Shown one piece after another: positions 17,075 through 26,915 of a DNA stretch of 57,344 nucleotides. The translations under genes were made by a program, and so were the position numbers. Numbering within the stretch: the stretch's first letter is position 1; every line of letters starts with the position of its first letter. The DNA lies in contig DYAA01000106.1 of NCBI GenBank assembly GCA_019419405.1, forward strand, positions 1 to 57,344, given 5' to 3'. The notes below the pieces were generated by a model. The model saw nothing but the letters and a program-made list of their open reading frames with translations. It was not told the origin of the DNA and ran no database searches. Source of the DNA: Collinsella sp. GTDB taxonomy: Bacteria > Actinomycetota > Coriobacteriia > Coriobacteriales > Coriobacteriaceae.

Positions 17075-17557
17075 TTACGAGAAGAGCTTGCTCGTGTCCT
17101 CAACAGGCGTGCTCGGAACGCGCCTGATCTCCAACTCCACCCCCAATTCCTGCAGCTCTTTAAACGCAGCGACATCCTCGTCGTTAACTGCGACGGAGGT
17201 GGCGACTTGGCGCTTTCCTTCCGACATGTGCATGTTGCCGATGTTTACCTTCTTTATAGGCACACCGCCCTTGACGAGCGTAAGCACGTCTTCCGGTGTT
17301 TCGGCCACGATGAAGATCTTCTGGCGCGGGCTCGCCTTGCCAATGACGTCGATGGTCTTCTGCAGAGAGAAGAAACGCGTAGCGACGCCGGCGGGAGCGG
17401 CCATCTTCATGAGGTTCTGGCGCATGGTGTTGGACGCCACGTCGTCGTTGGCGACGAGGATGAGGTTGGAGCCCAGGGTGGAGTTCCACTGGGTGGCAAC
17501 CTGACCATGAACCAGTCGGTTATCGATGCGGGTAAGAAGAATGTTGGGTTCTGCCAT
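17075..17557 (-). CDS. PTS mannose-family IIB component (AgaV-like)
   Basis: RIDNRLVHGQV phospho-His motif and NIGNMH. Confidence 0.94.
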   Translation of the reverse strand: MAEPNILLTRIDNRLVHGQVATQWNSTLGSNLILVANDDVASNTMRQNLMKMAAPAGVATRFFSLQKTIDVIGKASPRQKIFIVAETPEDVLTLVKGGVPIKKVNIGNMHMSEGKRQVATSVAVNDEDVAAFKELQELGVELEIRRVPSTPVEDTSKLFS

Positions 17558-17593
17558 GTTGATCAGCTTCCTTTCGTTATTTGCTGACGACAG

Positions 17594-17875
17594 TTACTTG
17601 ATCTCCTGAATCGCGTAACGCGAAACATCTACGACGGCTCCGGATCGGACTTTGATCTGGACCTTCTCGCCTTCGATGCCTTTGACGGTTCCGTAGATAC
17701 CGCCGGCGAAAAGAACCTCTTGACCCGGCTTGAGCTCGGTGTGCAGCTCCTTGAAGTACTTCTGCTTCTTCTTCATGTTGATTTGCGACCAGATGGTGTA
17801 AATCAAGCCCATGATGACAAGCAGGCCTAAAAGGGCGACCGAGGAGCTCAGGACGTTGGCTCCGAAATCGGCCAT
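17594..17875 (-). CDS. yajC: YajC-like preprotein translocase subunit
   Basis: One TM helix followed by LKPGQEV..AGGIYGTV. YajC paralogues are known from aga/hyaluronate PTS operons. Confidence 0.85.
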   Translation of the reverse strand: MADFGANVLSSSVALLGLLVIMGLIYTIWSQINMKKKQKYFKELHTELKPGQEVLFAGGIYGTVKGIEGEKVQIKVRSGAVVDVSRYAIQEIK

Positions 17876-18318
17876 TAGATGCCGTCCTCGTCGCCGAAGA
17901 TATCCTCTTCCTCGGAGCCGGCAACGGATGCGACCGTCTGGGCGGTGACGCCCGTCTGTCCAACGGTCACGGCCTGCTCGCCAAGCTCGGCGAGCGTGGC
18001 ATTGCCTCGGAGGAACAGAAGCTCAATAACCATGGGAAGGTTGGTGCCAGTCAGAACCTCGACGTTGTCGACATCCTGGGCAATCATCATCGACTGGTTG
18101 AACGGGGTGCCGCCAAGCAGGTCGGTAAAGACGAGCACGCCATCGCACTCCTCGCGCATGGCGGTAATAGCGGCGCGGAGATCCTCACCGTAGGATGCGG
18201 CCTGGTCGCCCTCAAAAGGAACGACGGTAAAAGCAGGCTGGTCGCCGGCAACCATCGCGATAGCGCTTGCAAGGCCGGGTGCGAACTGTCCATGACCGGT
18301 AAGAATAAAGCCAACCAT
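17875..18318 (-). CDS. PTS mannose-family IIA component
   Basis: ILTGHGQFA, TDLLGGTPFN, GTNLPM motifs. Confidence 0.94.
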   Translation of the reverse strand: MVGFILTGHGQFAPGLASAIAMVAGDQPAFTVVPFEGDQAASYGEDLRAAITAMREECDGVLVFTDLLGGTPFNQSMMIAQDVDNVEVLTGTNLPMVIELLFLRGNATLAELGEQAVTVGQTGVTAQTVASVAGSEEEDIFGDEDGI

Positions 18319-18434
18319 TCAAATTTCCCTTCCGAAGGTGTGTACAATCTGAGTCCGATGATTTTCGGAAGCCAGCGGGCGCTCGCCCTTAAAGCTTCTT
18401 GGAAAGCGTTCTTTGAAGACCAGTGGTTTCTAAA

Positions 18435-18447
18435 CTGGTAGTAACCA
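18435..18447. promoter_or_regulatory. Putative GntR/HutC operator upstream of the PTS operon
   Basis: CTGGTAGTAACCA, identical to 14142-14154. Confidence 0.7.
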
Positions 18448-18964
18448 CGTGACGTGTTGTTGTCACTATATCACCCCAGAAGAGGTCGCTTTCCTTGATT
18501 CATACGGTAAAACGTTTTTGCACCGCTCACGGTGATAAATCGACCGTTTACCGGTCGTTAACACTTCTACCTGCGGTTTTGAAACCGTTTCGAAATGCTT
18601 TGGCAAAAGATCGGAACTCTTTTCGTGTCAATACAACGCAGGGCGGCTAAAAATAGCGTAAAGAAAAATTGCAGGTCATTGTGAAGATTTGTGAATTGGT
18701 CTTTTTGACTTAATACCAGTTAGAACCAGTTTAGAAATTATCGGTGAACGGTAGTTTTCGACCGTTCACCGGTTATTTCCAATCGTTTGCAGCTCTTTTT
18801 CCATATGAATTAGGGAGACCCGATGAAGCACTTGCGCGATCGTGCAATCTAACCTTCCAATCTCAAATGACAGCTCCACAATGCAAAAAGCCCGCTAGAA
18901 CGGTGTTCGTTCTAGCGGGGTCAATCAGATATTTCGACTTCGCGCTCGAAAGCTCAGGCAATCT

Positions 18965-20047
18965 TTACGCAAACAGGCCGTAGATGCTGATGTTGGCCTT
19001 GGCATAGAGGCCGTTAGCATACTCGGTCCACTTGGAGCTGGCGCTCGAAGCCTGCGAAGAGTACTGCTGGTAGGCGGTGTAATAGGCGGTCATGGCCTGC
19101 TTATAGGTAGCGCTATCGGCAGTAAAGGCATCGTCGGCAAAGGCCTTAGCGTAGGTGCTATCGGCGTCCTTCCAGGTGCCCTTCTCGCTATCCCACTCGT
19201 CACCGGCAAGGTTGATGATGTAGTCGGCGTAATCCTTGCTCGCGGTCTCCTCGTTGCCGTCGGCAGGCTCAGTCGGAGCAGTCGGCATGCTTGCGGAGCC
19301 ATCGCCCACCTTCTTCTTGTAGAGCTTCTGCAGCGTCGCGGACTGGCGGACGATCTGCTTGGCCTGGTCCTTGGACACGCCATACTGCGTGGCCATGGTC
19401 TTGTAGTCCGAAGTGCCGATGGAATCCTCGGCGTACTTCTTCATCTCCTTAGAAGAGACGGTGATGCCCTCGTCCTCGGCAGCATCGAGCAGGATCTTGT
19501 TGCGCACGTAGGACAGGATGACGTCGGCAGACGGAGCGGTATAGTTGCCGTCGTCGTCCTTGACGGTGTCGAGGCTATACTGGCTCTCGATGGCCTCGCG
19601 CGCGGTGATATCGCTCTTCTTGCCGTTGTAGCTATAGCTTGCCACGGTCGAATCGAGCTGGTCCTCGGTCAGGGTCGACGAGCCGACACCCTTGCCGCCA
19701 AAGCCGCCATTGCCAATAAAGAAGCCGACCACCGCAGCAATCACGATGGCGACCACAAAGGCGGCAATCATCGTCTTCTTGTGCTTGGATGCATGGTCGT
19801 CCGCATCGGAGTCGTCCTCGTCCTGCTCCTCGGGCATGAGGTTCTCGTCGGCGGCGTCCGCGGCGATCTTTGCCTCCAGGCGAGCATCCTCCTCCTCGGC
19901 CGTCGTGCCGGCGGCAATGTGCTCGGCAGACGTGCCGGCGACCAGGTCGATCTTCTCGTCCTCGTCACCGTCGGGGCCTTCGCCGCGCTCGATGATCTGG
20001 ATGCCGTCGATCTCGTCCTTCTCGTCCTTCTTTTGAATCAGACCCAT
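18965..20047 (-). CDS. Membrane-anchored hypothetical protein with SurA/PrsA N-domain-like segment
   Basis: Acidic N-terminus, single TM helix, then VRNKILLDAAEDEGITVSSKEM resembling the SurA-N chaperone helix. No PPIase motif seen. Confidence 0.7.
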   Translation of the reverse strand: MGLIQKKDEKDEIDGIQIIERGEGPDGDEDEKIDLVAGTSAEHIAAGTTAEEEDARLEAKIAADAADENLMPEEQDEDDSDADDHASKHKKTMIAAFVVAIVIAAVVGFFIGNGGFGGKGVGSSTLTEDQLDSTVASYSYNGKKSDITAREAIESQYSLDTVKDDDGNYTAPSADVILSYVRNKILLDAAEDEGITVSSKEMKKYAEDSIGTSDYKTMATQYGVSKDQAKQIVRQSATLQKLYKKKVGDGSASMPTAPTEPADGNEETASKDYADYIINLAGDEWDSEKGTWKDADSTYAKAFADDAFTADSATYKQAMTAYYTAYQQYSSQASSASSKWTEYANGLYAKANISIYGLFA

Positions 20048-20173
20048 ATCAATTACTCCTTGTTAGGAAACATAGTCCCCAATAGAATACGCCCGACGAG
20101 GCGCCGGGCGTATTCATTCTTAGGTTATACGCAAACACTTAAGTACTATTTAGGCGTTTGCAGCCTGCATGTC

Positions 20174-21259
20174 TTAGGCCAGGTGCGCGATAACGGCATC
20201 GGCAAAGGCCTGCGTGCCCACGGCGCCCTCGACGGAGCCGGTCTGGGCACGACGCACGTCGCCGGTAACCTGCTTACCCTCGTCGAGCGTGGCGGACACG
20301 GCGGCGCGGATACGATTGGCCGCATCGTTCTCGCCCAGATGATCGAGCATCATAGCCGCAGACAGAATCTCGGCCGTGGGGTTGGCGATATCCTGGCCAG
20401 CGATATCGGGCGCGGAGCCATGCGTTGCCTCGAAGATGGCGCAGTCGGCACCGATGTTGGAGCCGGGGGCCATACCCAGGCCACCTACCAGGCCGGCGCA
20501 CAGGTCGCTGACGATATCGCCGTACAGGTTGGGCAGCACCAGGACATCGAAGTCGTTGGGGTTCTGGACCAGGCCCATGCAGGTGGCGTCGACGATCTTG
20601 TCGTTGAACTCAATATCGGGATAGTTGGCGGCCACCTCGCGCGCAACGCGCAGGAACAGGCCATCGGTCGCCTTCATAATGTTGGCCTTGTGCACGGCCG
20701 TCACCTTTTTACGGCCGCAGCGGCGGGCGTACTCAAAGGCGTACTCCACAATGCGGCGGCTCTTGGCGATGGAGATGGGCTTAATTGAGATGGCGGAATC
20801 GGCGGCGAAGGTCTTCTGACCCGAGCGCTCGACAAGCTGTGAGAGCTCCTCGACCTCGGCAGCGCCCTCATCGAACTCGATCCCGGCGTAGAGGTCCTCG
20901 GTGTTCTCACGCACGATGACCAGGTCGACGTCGCGGAAGCGCGAGCCGTCGCCCGGCTGCGACAGGCAGGGGCGCACGCAGGCGTACAGGTCGAAGTGCT
21001 TGCGCAGGGCCACGTTAACGCTGCGGAAACCCGTGCCGACCGGCGTGGTGATGGGGCCCTTGATGGCAACCTTGGTCTCGGCGACCGCATCGAGCACGTG
21101 CTGGGGCAGCGGCGTGCCAAACTCGTCCATGACGCCGGCACCGGCCTCCTGGACGTTCCAGTTGATCTGGACACCGGTGGCCTCGACCACGCGGCGCATG
21201 GCCTGCGTAATCTCGGGACCGATACCGTCACCGGGAATCAGGACTACATCGTGCGCCAT
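20174..21259 (-). CDS. Isocitrate/isopropylmalate dehydrogenase family protein (probable isocitrate dehydrogenase)
   Basis: [60 protein letters not shown]. Confidence 0.93.
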   Translation of the reverse strand: MAHDVVLIPGDGIGPEITQAMRRVVEATGVQINWNVQEAGAGVMDEFGTPLPQHVLDAVAETKVAIKGPITTPVGTGFRSVNVALRKHFDLYACVRPCLSQPGDGSRFRDVDLVIVRENTEDLYAGIEFDEGAAEVEELSQLVERSGQKTFAADSAISIKPISIAKSRRIVEYAFEYARRCGRKKVTAVHKANIMKATDGLFLRVAREVAANYPDIEFNDKIVDATCMGLVQNPNDFDVLVLPNLYGDIVSDLCAGLVGGLGMAPGSNIGADCAIFEATHGSAPDIAGQDIANPTAEILSAAMMLDHLGENDAANRIRAAVSATLDEGKQVTGDVRRAQTGSVEGAVGTQAFADAVIAHLA

Positions 21260-21265
21260 AATCTG

Positions 21266-21964
21266 TTACTCCTCGTCTTCGGCGTCGTCAGATTTTTTTA
21301 CGCTAGCACGCTTCTTCTTTTTGGAGAGATCCAGGCCAAAACGTTTAACAAGCATTTCGCAAATCTCGCTCGAACGGGCCTTAAGATAGCTGCCCTTACC
21401 GTTCTCGGCATCGAACTTAAGGCGCAGCGCAAGCTTCTCGGCAACCTCGGCGTCGATCTCGCCCTGGCAAAACTCGTACAGGCAACCGAGCATGTCGCGA
21501 TACTCAAGGTCGCCGTGGTAGCACTGGATGGCCTCGTCCAGGATGGGCCAAGCCTCGCGCGAACGCTCGACGCTCGTGGCACCCCACACGCACAGCAGGC
21601 GGAAGGCGGCATAGCGCAGCGTGGAGGAGATCTCGTCGAACAGTGCGGTCTCGGCGCCCTCAAAGGCATCGCCCAGCTGCTCGGGGCAGGTGGTGGCGAG
21701 CGCCGTCAGGGCATCGAGGGCCTCCCAGCGGGTCTGCGCCTCGGGGCGGTCGAGCGCCTCGATCAACGCGGGCACGCAGGGCACGACGCGCTGCGGATCG
21801 CGCTCGGCAAGCAGGTGCAGCACGCGGGCGGCAAACTGGCGGATGCGGCGCGTGGGGCAGCCGAGCTCCTGGACCAGACGGTCGACGGCGTTCTCGTTCT
21901 CCTCTGCCAGCTGGAGCTGTGCCAGCTCCTCGTCGGTGAGCTGTTCGTCTTTGTTTTCTGCCAT
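21266..21964 (-). CDS. HEAT/ARM-repeat-like hypothetical protein
   Basis: Repeated helical units (VPALIEALDRPEAQTRWEALDAL), in operon context. Confidence 0.75.
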   Translation of the reverse strand: MAENKDEQLTDEELAQLQLAEENENAVDRLVQELGCPTRRIRQFAARVLHLLAERDPQRVVPCVPALIEALDRPEAQTRWEALDALTALATTCPEQLGDAFEGAETALFDEISSTLRYAAFRLLCVWGATSVERSREAWPILDEAIQCYHGDLEYRDMLGCLYEFCQGEIDAEVAEKLALRLKFDAENGKGSYLKARSSEICEMLVKRFGLDLSKKKKRASVKKSDDAEDEE

Positions 21965-21979
21965 AGTTACCTCTTCTTT

Positions 21980-22408
21980 TTATTTCTTGGCGTGCTTGCC
22001 AGCACCCTTGCTGTCATCGGTGACCGAGATGAGCTGCCGGTCGGCCGCGCCATTGCGACGTGCACGGCGGCGCTCCTCGGCGTCGCCCGCGTCGGCGGCG
22101 GCGCGATGAGCCTTGTTGACGTTAAAAACCTCGTCGTGCTTGCGCCATGGACCGACGGACTCGCCAAAGCTCATCTTAAGGCCGGCGATAAAGCCGCCGA
22201 GCCAGCCGATCGGCGCAAACTGCACCAGCGGGAACAGCGAGAACACCCAGGTCAGTAGGACGACCGCCGCCGCTCCTGCAAAGTTGGCAATCCAGTAGTC
22301 GCGCTTGGTGATGACACGCTTTTCGCACGCCCACTGGCCGCACAGAAAGCCGATGTAGATCGCAAAGAGAAAGAGTACCAGCGCAAGCACCACGAACGTC
22401 CAGCTCAT
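21980..22408 (-). CDS. Hypothetical membrane protein
   Basis: Two to three hydrophobic segments. ATG 5 nt after the upstream stop with a GGGGAG RBS. Confidence 0.75.
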   Translation of the reverse strand: MSWTFVVLALVLFLFAIYIGFLCGQWACEKRVITKRDYWIANFAGAAAVVLLTWVFSLFPLVQFAPIGWLGGFIAGLKMSFGESVGPWRKHDEVFNVNKAHRAAADAGDAEERRRARRNGAADRQLISVTDDSKGAGKHAKK

Positions 22409-22413
22409 GGGCG

Positions 22414-23493
22414 CTACTCCCCGTGATGGTGGCCGCAGCAGCACTCGTGGCCGTCGTCATGGCCGTGGCCGCCGCAGCACTCGTGGTCCTCGCCATGGTG
22501 ATGGCCACAGCCGCACTCATGGTCCTCGCCGTGCTCGCCGCAACCGCAACCTTCCTCGTGAGCGCCATGCTCCTCGGGGCGATACTGCGACCAGTCCAGA
22601 CCGGCGGCGATGGCGTCGGCCTCCTCCTTGTAGAGAACCGTGATGGCCTGGGTGCCCAGCTTGGCGCCACCGATGGCGTCGAGCATGTCGTAGAGCGTAA
22701 AAGCGACGTCGGCACCGGGCAGCGCGAGCTCGCGGTCATCGGCGTAAGCGAGCGCCAAGCGCAGGTCCTTAATGAAGTGCTCGACCATAAAGCCGGGCTT
22801 GTAGTCGCCGTCAAGCGCCTTGGGAGCCAGGCTCTCCATGGCGCCGGACTTGCCGGTACCGCCCAGGATCATCTGGCGGGTCTTCTCCAGGTCAAGGCCG
22901 CTCAGCTCGGCAAATGCCATGGCGTCTGCCATGCCGACCATGCAGGCGCCCAGCGACACCTGGTTGGCGAGCTTGGCAGCCTGGCCCTTGCCGGCGCCGT
23001 CGAAGCAGCAGATGTTGGCCGCAAAGGTGGCAAGGATGTCGCGGACCGGCGCGATGTCGTTCTCGGTAGCGCCCACGATAGCCGTGAGCGTACCGGCGAT
23101 AGCGCCCGACTCGCCGCCGGTGACGGGGCAGTCAAACGCCATGCGGCCGGAAACCTGGGCGGCCTCGGCAATGTCGCGCGCCAGCTCGGGCGAGCTTGTG
23201 GTGAGGTCGATCAGGACCGCGCCGGGCTTAGTGCACGCGAGCAGGCCGTCGCCCGCCAGGTAGAGCTCCTCGACCTCGGAGGGATAACCCACCATGGTAA
23301 AGACGACGTCGGCGTTCGCCACGGCATCTGCCGGCGTATCGGCCCAAACGGCACCGCGCTCGATAAGCGCGACGGCCTTGGACTTGGTACGGTTGTTGAC
23401 CGTGACGGGATAGCCGGCATCCAGGATGTGGCCGGCGATGGGGGCACCCATGATTCCGGTGCCGATGAATGCGACAGAGAGCTTGTTTGCCAT
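22414..23493 (-). CDS. NAD(P)-dependent 3-hydroxyisobutyrate/2-hydroxy-3-oxopropionate reductase family, with His/Cys-rich tail
   Basis: FIGTGIMG, DCPVTGG, GQAAKLANQ, F.VEHFIKDL motifs. Confidence 0.92.
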   Translation of the reverse strand: MANKLSVAFIGTGIMGAPIAGHILDAGYPVTVNNRTKSKAVALIERGAVWADTPADAVANADVVFTMVGYPSEVEELYLAGDGLLACTKPGAVLIDLTTSSPELARDIAEAAQVSGRMAFDCPVTGGESGAIAGTLTAIVGATENDIAPVRDILATFAANICCFDGAGKGQAAKLANQVSLGACMVGMADAMAFAELSGLDLEKTRQMILGGTGKSGAMESLAPKALDGDYKPGFMVEHFIKDLRLALAYADDRELALPGADVAFTLYDMLDAIGGAKLGTQAITVLYKEEADAIAAGLDWSQYRPEEHGAHEEGCGCGEHGEDHECGCGHHHGEDHECCGGHGHDDGHECCCGHHHGE

Positions 23494-23591
23494 GAAGCCT
23501 TTCCTTTTGGGTTGGGTGTTATTACCAGGTTGAATACTCGGTGCCAGCGTTTGGGCTGTGAGTTGGGATCGATTACGGCCGCGTTACTTGC

Positions 23592-24545
23592 CTACTGACC
23601 GCGCACGCGGCGGGCGATGCGGTCGGAAAGCGACGCCTTGTCGGCGCGGTTCTTACCCCAAAACGCGCAGGCCACCATGCCGGGGCCCACGTGCGAGCCG
23701 ATGGTAGGACCGACGGAGCTGCGAATGATCGTGACGTCGGCGCAACCCTCCTCCTTGCGGATGGCGGCTTCGAGCCAGTCGCCGTCCTTTTCGGCATCGG
23801 CCGTCATAATGGCGATGGGCATGGTGCGATCGGGCACATAGTTCTCGCGGAACGACTTGAGGATGGACTTGAGCGCCTTCTTGCGGCCGCGGTTGACGCC
23901 GATCAGCGACAGCGAGCCGGCAAGGTCGTAGGAAAGCTCGGGCTTGACGTCGAGTTTTGCCGTGAGCTGCGCCGCCGCGGGCGGAATGCGGCCGCCAGCA
24001 GCCAGTGCGTCGAAGCTCTCGAGCGTAAAGTAACCGTGGACATAGGTCTTAGCCTCGTTTACCCAGTCGACCAGCTGCTTGGCGGTCAGTCCCGCCGAAC
24101 GCTGGCGCACGGCCTCGAGCGCCAAGAGCGCGCCGGTCGCGCAGGGCAGAGCGTTGTCGACCACGTAGAGCTCAAAGTTGGGATACTCGGCGCGCACGGC
24201 ATCTGCCGCCTGGCACGCGGAGTTGTAGCTCGACGACAGCGCCGAGGTAAAGCACAGGTAGACCGTGGGCGTGCCCTCTTTGGCGCACTCGGTAAAGAAC
24301 TCGATATAGCGACCGAGCGACACAGCCGAGGTGGACACGCGGGCACCGGCGCGCATGCGGTCGTAGAACTCCTTAGGGCTCATGCTCGACCAGATGTCGT
24401 CCGTACGCTCCTCGCCATCGATAATGAAGGGGAAACCCAGGATATCGACATCGAGGTTCGCGGCGACCTCGGGGCTAAAGTCGCAGCAGGTATCGACGAC
24501 GATGCGGCAACGGTCCGAATGACCGGCGGATGCGGCCTTGTCCAT
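23592..24545 (-). CDS. DegV family fatty-acid-binding protein
   Basis: IVVDTCCD, STSA, SALSSSYNSA, GGRI, IGSHVGPG motifs. Confidence 0.93.
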   Translation of the reverse strand: MDKAASAGHSDRCRIVVDTCCDFSPEVAANLDVDILGFPFIIDGEERTDDIWSSMSPKEFYDRMRAGARVSTSAVSLGRYIEFFTECAKEGTPTVYLCFTSALSSSYNSACQAADAVRAEYPNFELYVVDNALPCATGALLALEAVRQRSAGLTAKQLVDWVNEAKTYVHGYFTLESFDALAAGGRIPPAAAQLTAKLDVKPELSYDLAGSLSLIGVNRGRKKALKSILKSFRENYVPDRTMPIAIMTADAEKDGDWLEAAIRKEEGCADVTIIRSSVGPTIGSHVGPGMVACAFWGKNRADKASLSDRIARRVRGQ

Positions 24546-24624
24546 CAAAGCGACTCCTTACGTAAAAAGGCGGCCACCCGCATGGGATGGCCGCCAGCCG
24601 TTAACTCATGCAAGTTAACGTATT

Positions 24625-25209
24625 TTACTCGTCAAGTGTTTCGATGCGGGGCTTGATGATGCCATATCCACCATTCTTACGGTGATACACCACATTGATA
24701 AGGCCGGTCGTCGCGTTCTCGAACACGTAGAAGTCGTGACCGAGCAGATCGGTCTGCACCAGCGCCTGCTCCTCAGTCATCGGAGTGACGTCGATAACCT
24801 TCTCGCGGACGAGCAGGTCGTCTTCCTCCTCGGGCAGCAGCAGGTCGGCCAGATCCTCGACGCGCTCGACCGGTGCGACATCCGCGGCGCTGGCACCACC
24901 CTGGCGGTTGTCCACGACCTTAGTCTTGAACTTGCGCAGCTGGCGGGTAACCTTATCGGCGGAGAGGTCGATGGCGGCATACATATCTGCGCCGTGCTCG
25001 GCAACGCGAATCACAGAGCCGCGGGCACGAACCGTGACCTCGACGATTGCCGGGTTGGGGTTCGAGGGGTTCTTCTCATAACGAAGCACGACGTCGACTG
25101 TCATGGGCTCGATATCGAAAACCTTGAGCGCCTCGCCGATCTTCTCATCCACATGCGCACGCAGAGCATCGGTTACCGTCGTCTTGCGTCCAGAAACCTT
25201 GATATCCAT
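24625..25209 (-). CDS. raiA: Ribosome hibernation promoting factor (long HPF/RaiA)
   Basis: VTDALR.HV.EK, DMYAAID, RQLRKFK, C-domain LLGHDFYVF...VVY.RKNGGYGII. Confidence 0.95.
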   Translation of the reverse strand: MDIKVSGRKTTVTDALRAHVDEKIGEALKVFDIEPMTVDVVLRYEKNPSNPNPAIVEVTVRARGSVIRVAEHGADMYAAIDLSADKVTRQLRKFKTKVVDNRQGGASAADVAPVERVEDLADLLLPEEEDDLLVREKVIDVTPMTEEQALVQTDLLGHDFYVFENATTGLINVVYHRKNGGYGIIKPRIETLDE

Positions 25210-25427
25210 ACGTGGCTCCAATCTGCCTCGGGGACTTACTGTACTGGCTATGTACCCATTGCCGTGCATTTAATCACGCGGATTCCTAAAGACCCGAATA
25301 ACGATTGCTTGATACCGCATACCGAAGTCTCGCACTTTTCTGTGGCAAAGTGCGCTATGGAAGAGCGACGGCGACTTTGCTTTTGCACCTAAAAAATGTC
25401 TTTGACCTGCTGGTTTTTTGGAAACGA

Positions 25428-25460
25428 AAAAGCCGGGCTCCCCTGTTGGGAGAGCCCGGC
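25428..25460 (-). terminator. Intrinsic terminator after substrate-binding protein gene
   Basis: GCCGGGCTC...GAGCCCGGC hairpin with a minus-strand T run. Confidence 0.75.
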
Positions 25461-25526
25461 GATGCGTGTTGAAACCGTGAAGAGGCGTCCCTCCTAGCGC
25501 GTAGGAGACGCCACCCCTAGCAATAA

Positions 25527-26552
25527 CTAGCTATTGAGCTTGTTAATGTCGTCGTCGGTGATAGTGTCTTCCTGGCTGGACGATTTGTCTTCGGAGGATG
25601 CGGTCTCATTGTTGGAATCGGAGGACTCGCTGCCGGAGGATGCGGTCTCACTGGACTCAGAGTCGCCCGGCTGCACGTTAGCGCCCGAAACCGTCTTAGT
25701 GGTGAGGTCGTAGGGCATCCTGCCATACCAGACAGAGTGGACCGCCTCGAGCGTGCCGTCGGCCGTAATACCGTCGAGGGCATCGCTCACGGCACGGCAC
25801 AGTTCGTCATTGGACGAGAGGCCCGCAACACCAAGCGTCGAGGGCGCCTCGAGCGAACCGGCATAGGAGACCTCGCTCATCAGGCGTGCAAGGTAGCCGC
25901 CGGCCGTGGAGTCGCAGATTACATAGTCGACCTCGCCGGACTCGAGTGCCTCAAAGCACTCGTTGATGTTGGAGTAGGTCTTTTGGTTGGCGGTGATGCT
26001 CTGCTTAGCAAGCGCCTCCTGCGAGGCCGAGGACATCTGGACACCCAGAGTAGACGTGTTAAGGGTATCGGTGGAAACGCTTAGCGACCCACCATCGCTG
26101 GTTTTACCGAACACGGAAGCGGCATCGTACAGGCAGGTGCCGAGCGAGCTAACGTCCCCATCCGTGGAGTTGATCTCGCCGATAAAGATATCAGCCTTTT
26201 TGTCACCGAGCGCGGAACCTGCCGAGGACGCATCGACAAAGGCGACCTTAAGGCCCATGCGGCTTGCGAGGGCGCGGGCAGCGTCGACTGCATACCCCGT
26301 GAGCTCGCCGTCAGCGCCCTGCATGGCCTGCGGCGCATCGGAGGTATCGAGGGCAACCGTCAGGGTACCGGGGGTGACCAGGGCATCATCCGACACCGCG
26401 GACGTGACGGTCTCGTACTCGATCTGGTCGATCGTGGGAGTCGTGAACGTAGACAGCGGGTTGAACGCGCATCCGCTCAGGCCCAAAACGGCGATGACCG
26501 CTGCGGTCCCAGCACCTAACCGAGCCGCGTGCATCAAGCTGCCCCTCACCAT
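25527..26552 (-). CDS. Amino-acid ABC transporter substrate-binding (PBPb/SBP_bac_3) lipoprotein
   Basis: Lipobox LSGC, GTLTVA, G.LTGY.VD, ALESGEVDYVI, Ser-rich tail. The upstream part of the long ORF call overlaps the ncRNA. Confidence 0.85.
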   Translation of the reverse strand: MVRGSLMHAARLGAGTAAVIAVLGLSGCAFNPLSTFTTPTIDQIEYETVTSAVSDDALVTPGTLTVALDTSDAPQAMQGADGELTGYAVDAARALASRMGLKVAFVDASSAGSALGDKKADIFIGEINSTDGDVSSLGTCLYDAASVFGKTSDGGSLSVSTDTLNTSTLGVQMSSASQEALAKQSITANQKTYSNINECFEALESGEVDYVICDSTAGGYLARLMSEVSYAGSLEAPSTLGVAGLSSNDELCRAVSDALDGITADGTLEAVHSVWYGRMPYDLTTKTVSGANVQPGDSESSETASSGSESSDSNNETASSEDKSSSQEDTITDDDINKLNS

Positions 26553-26611
26553 GTCCACTACCCTGCCTTCTGTGTCGTATACGATCCGTGCGTTGCACGA
26601 AATATCAGATT

Positions 26612-26876
26612 GTTCCCACCAGCTGACCTGGTATTTGACCCCACACTTGCGCACCGGGGTGTTTGCTCGGGAGGCCGCAGCCACCTTCACGACTGGCCCG
26701 CTCGCCCGCGAGGCGGTATTGCCCCAAAGAAAGTAGAACGGACGGTGCGGCTTACATCTAGGACGCGCCATGATCGCGCCGCGCGCACGCGGTCGCTTAC
26801 GTGGATCCCTTTGACCGCGTCTGTCTTGGACTAGGACGGGCATTTCGTCCGTCCGCAACCACAGCCTGGTAGGAAC
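26612..26876 (-). ncRNA. raiA-motif structured non-coding RNA (~265 nt)
   Basis: The minus strand has paired ends (GUUCCUACCAGGCUG / CAGCUGGUGGGAAC). It carries blocks I recognise from raiA-motif RNAs: UGUGGUUG, GAUCCACGUAAG, CAUGG.GCG..CUAGA.GUAAG, AGUGUGGGGUCAAA.ACCAGGUCA. Context is comFC - RNA - PBPb - raiA. Confidence 0.88.
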
Positions 26877-26883
26877 GTAGCGC

Positions 26884-26915
26884 ATTATAGCTAAGTTCAA
26901 GCTAAAGTTTAAGGT
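26884..26915 (-). promoter_or_regulatory. Sigma70-type promoter of the raiA-motif RNA
   Basis: Perfect TATAAT at 26889-26884, 7 nt before the RNA 5' end, with a TTAAAC -35-like hexamer upstream. Confidence 0.75.

Noticed and set aside
18520..18775. TCGACCGTT(T/C)ACCGGT repeats as mobile-element ends
   Set aside because: They are short direct repeats inside a long promoter region with no transposase or target duplication. They may be regulatory, but I cannot support a specific call.
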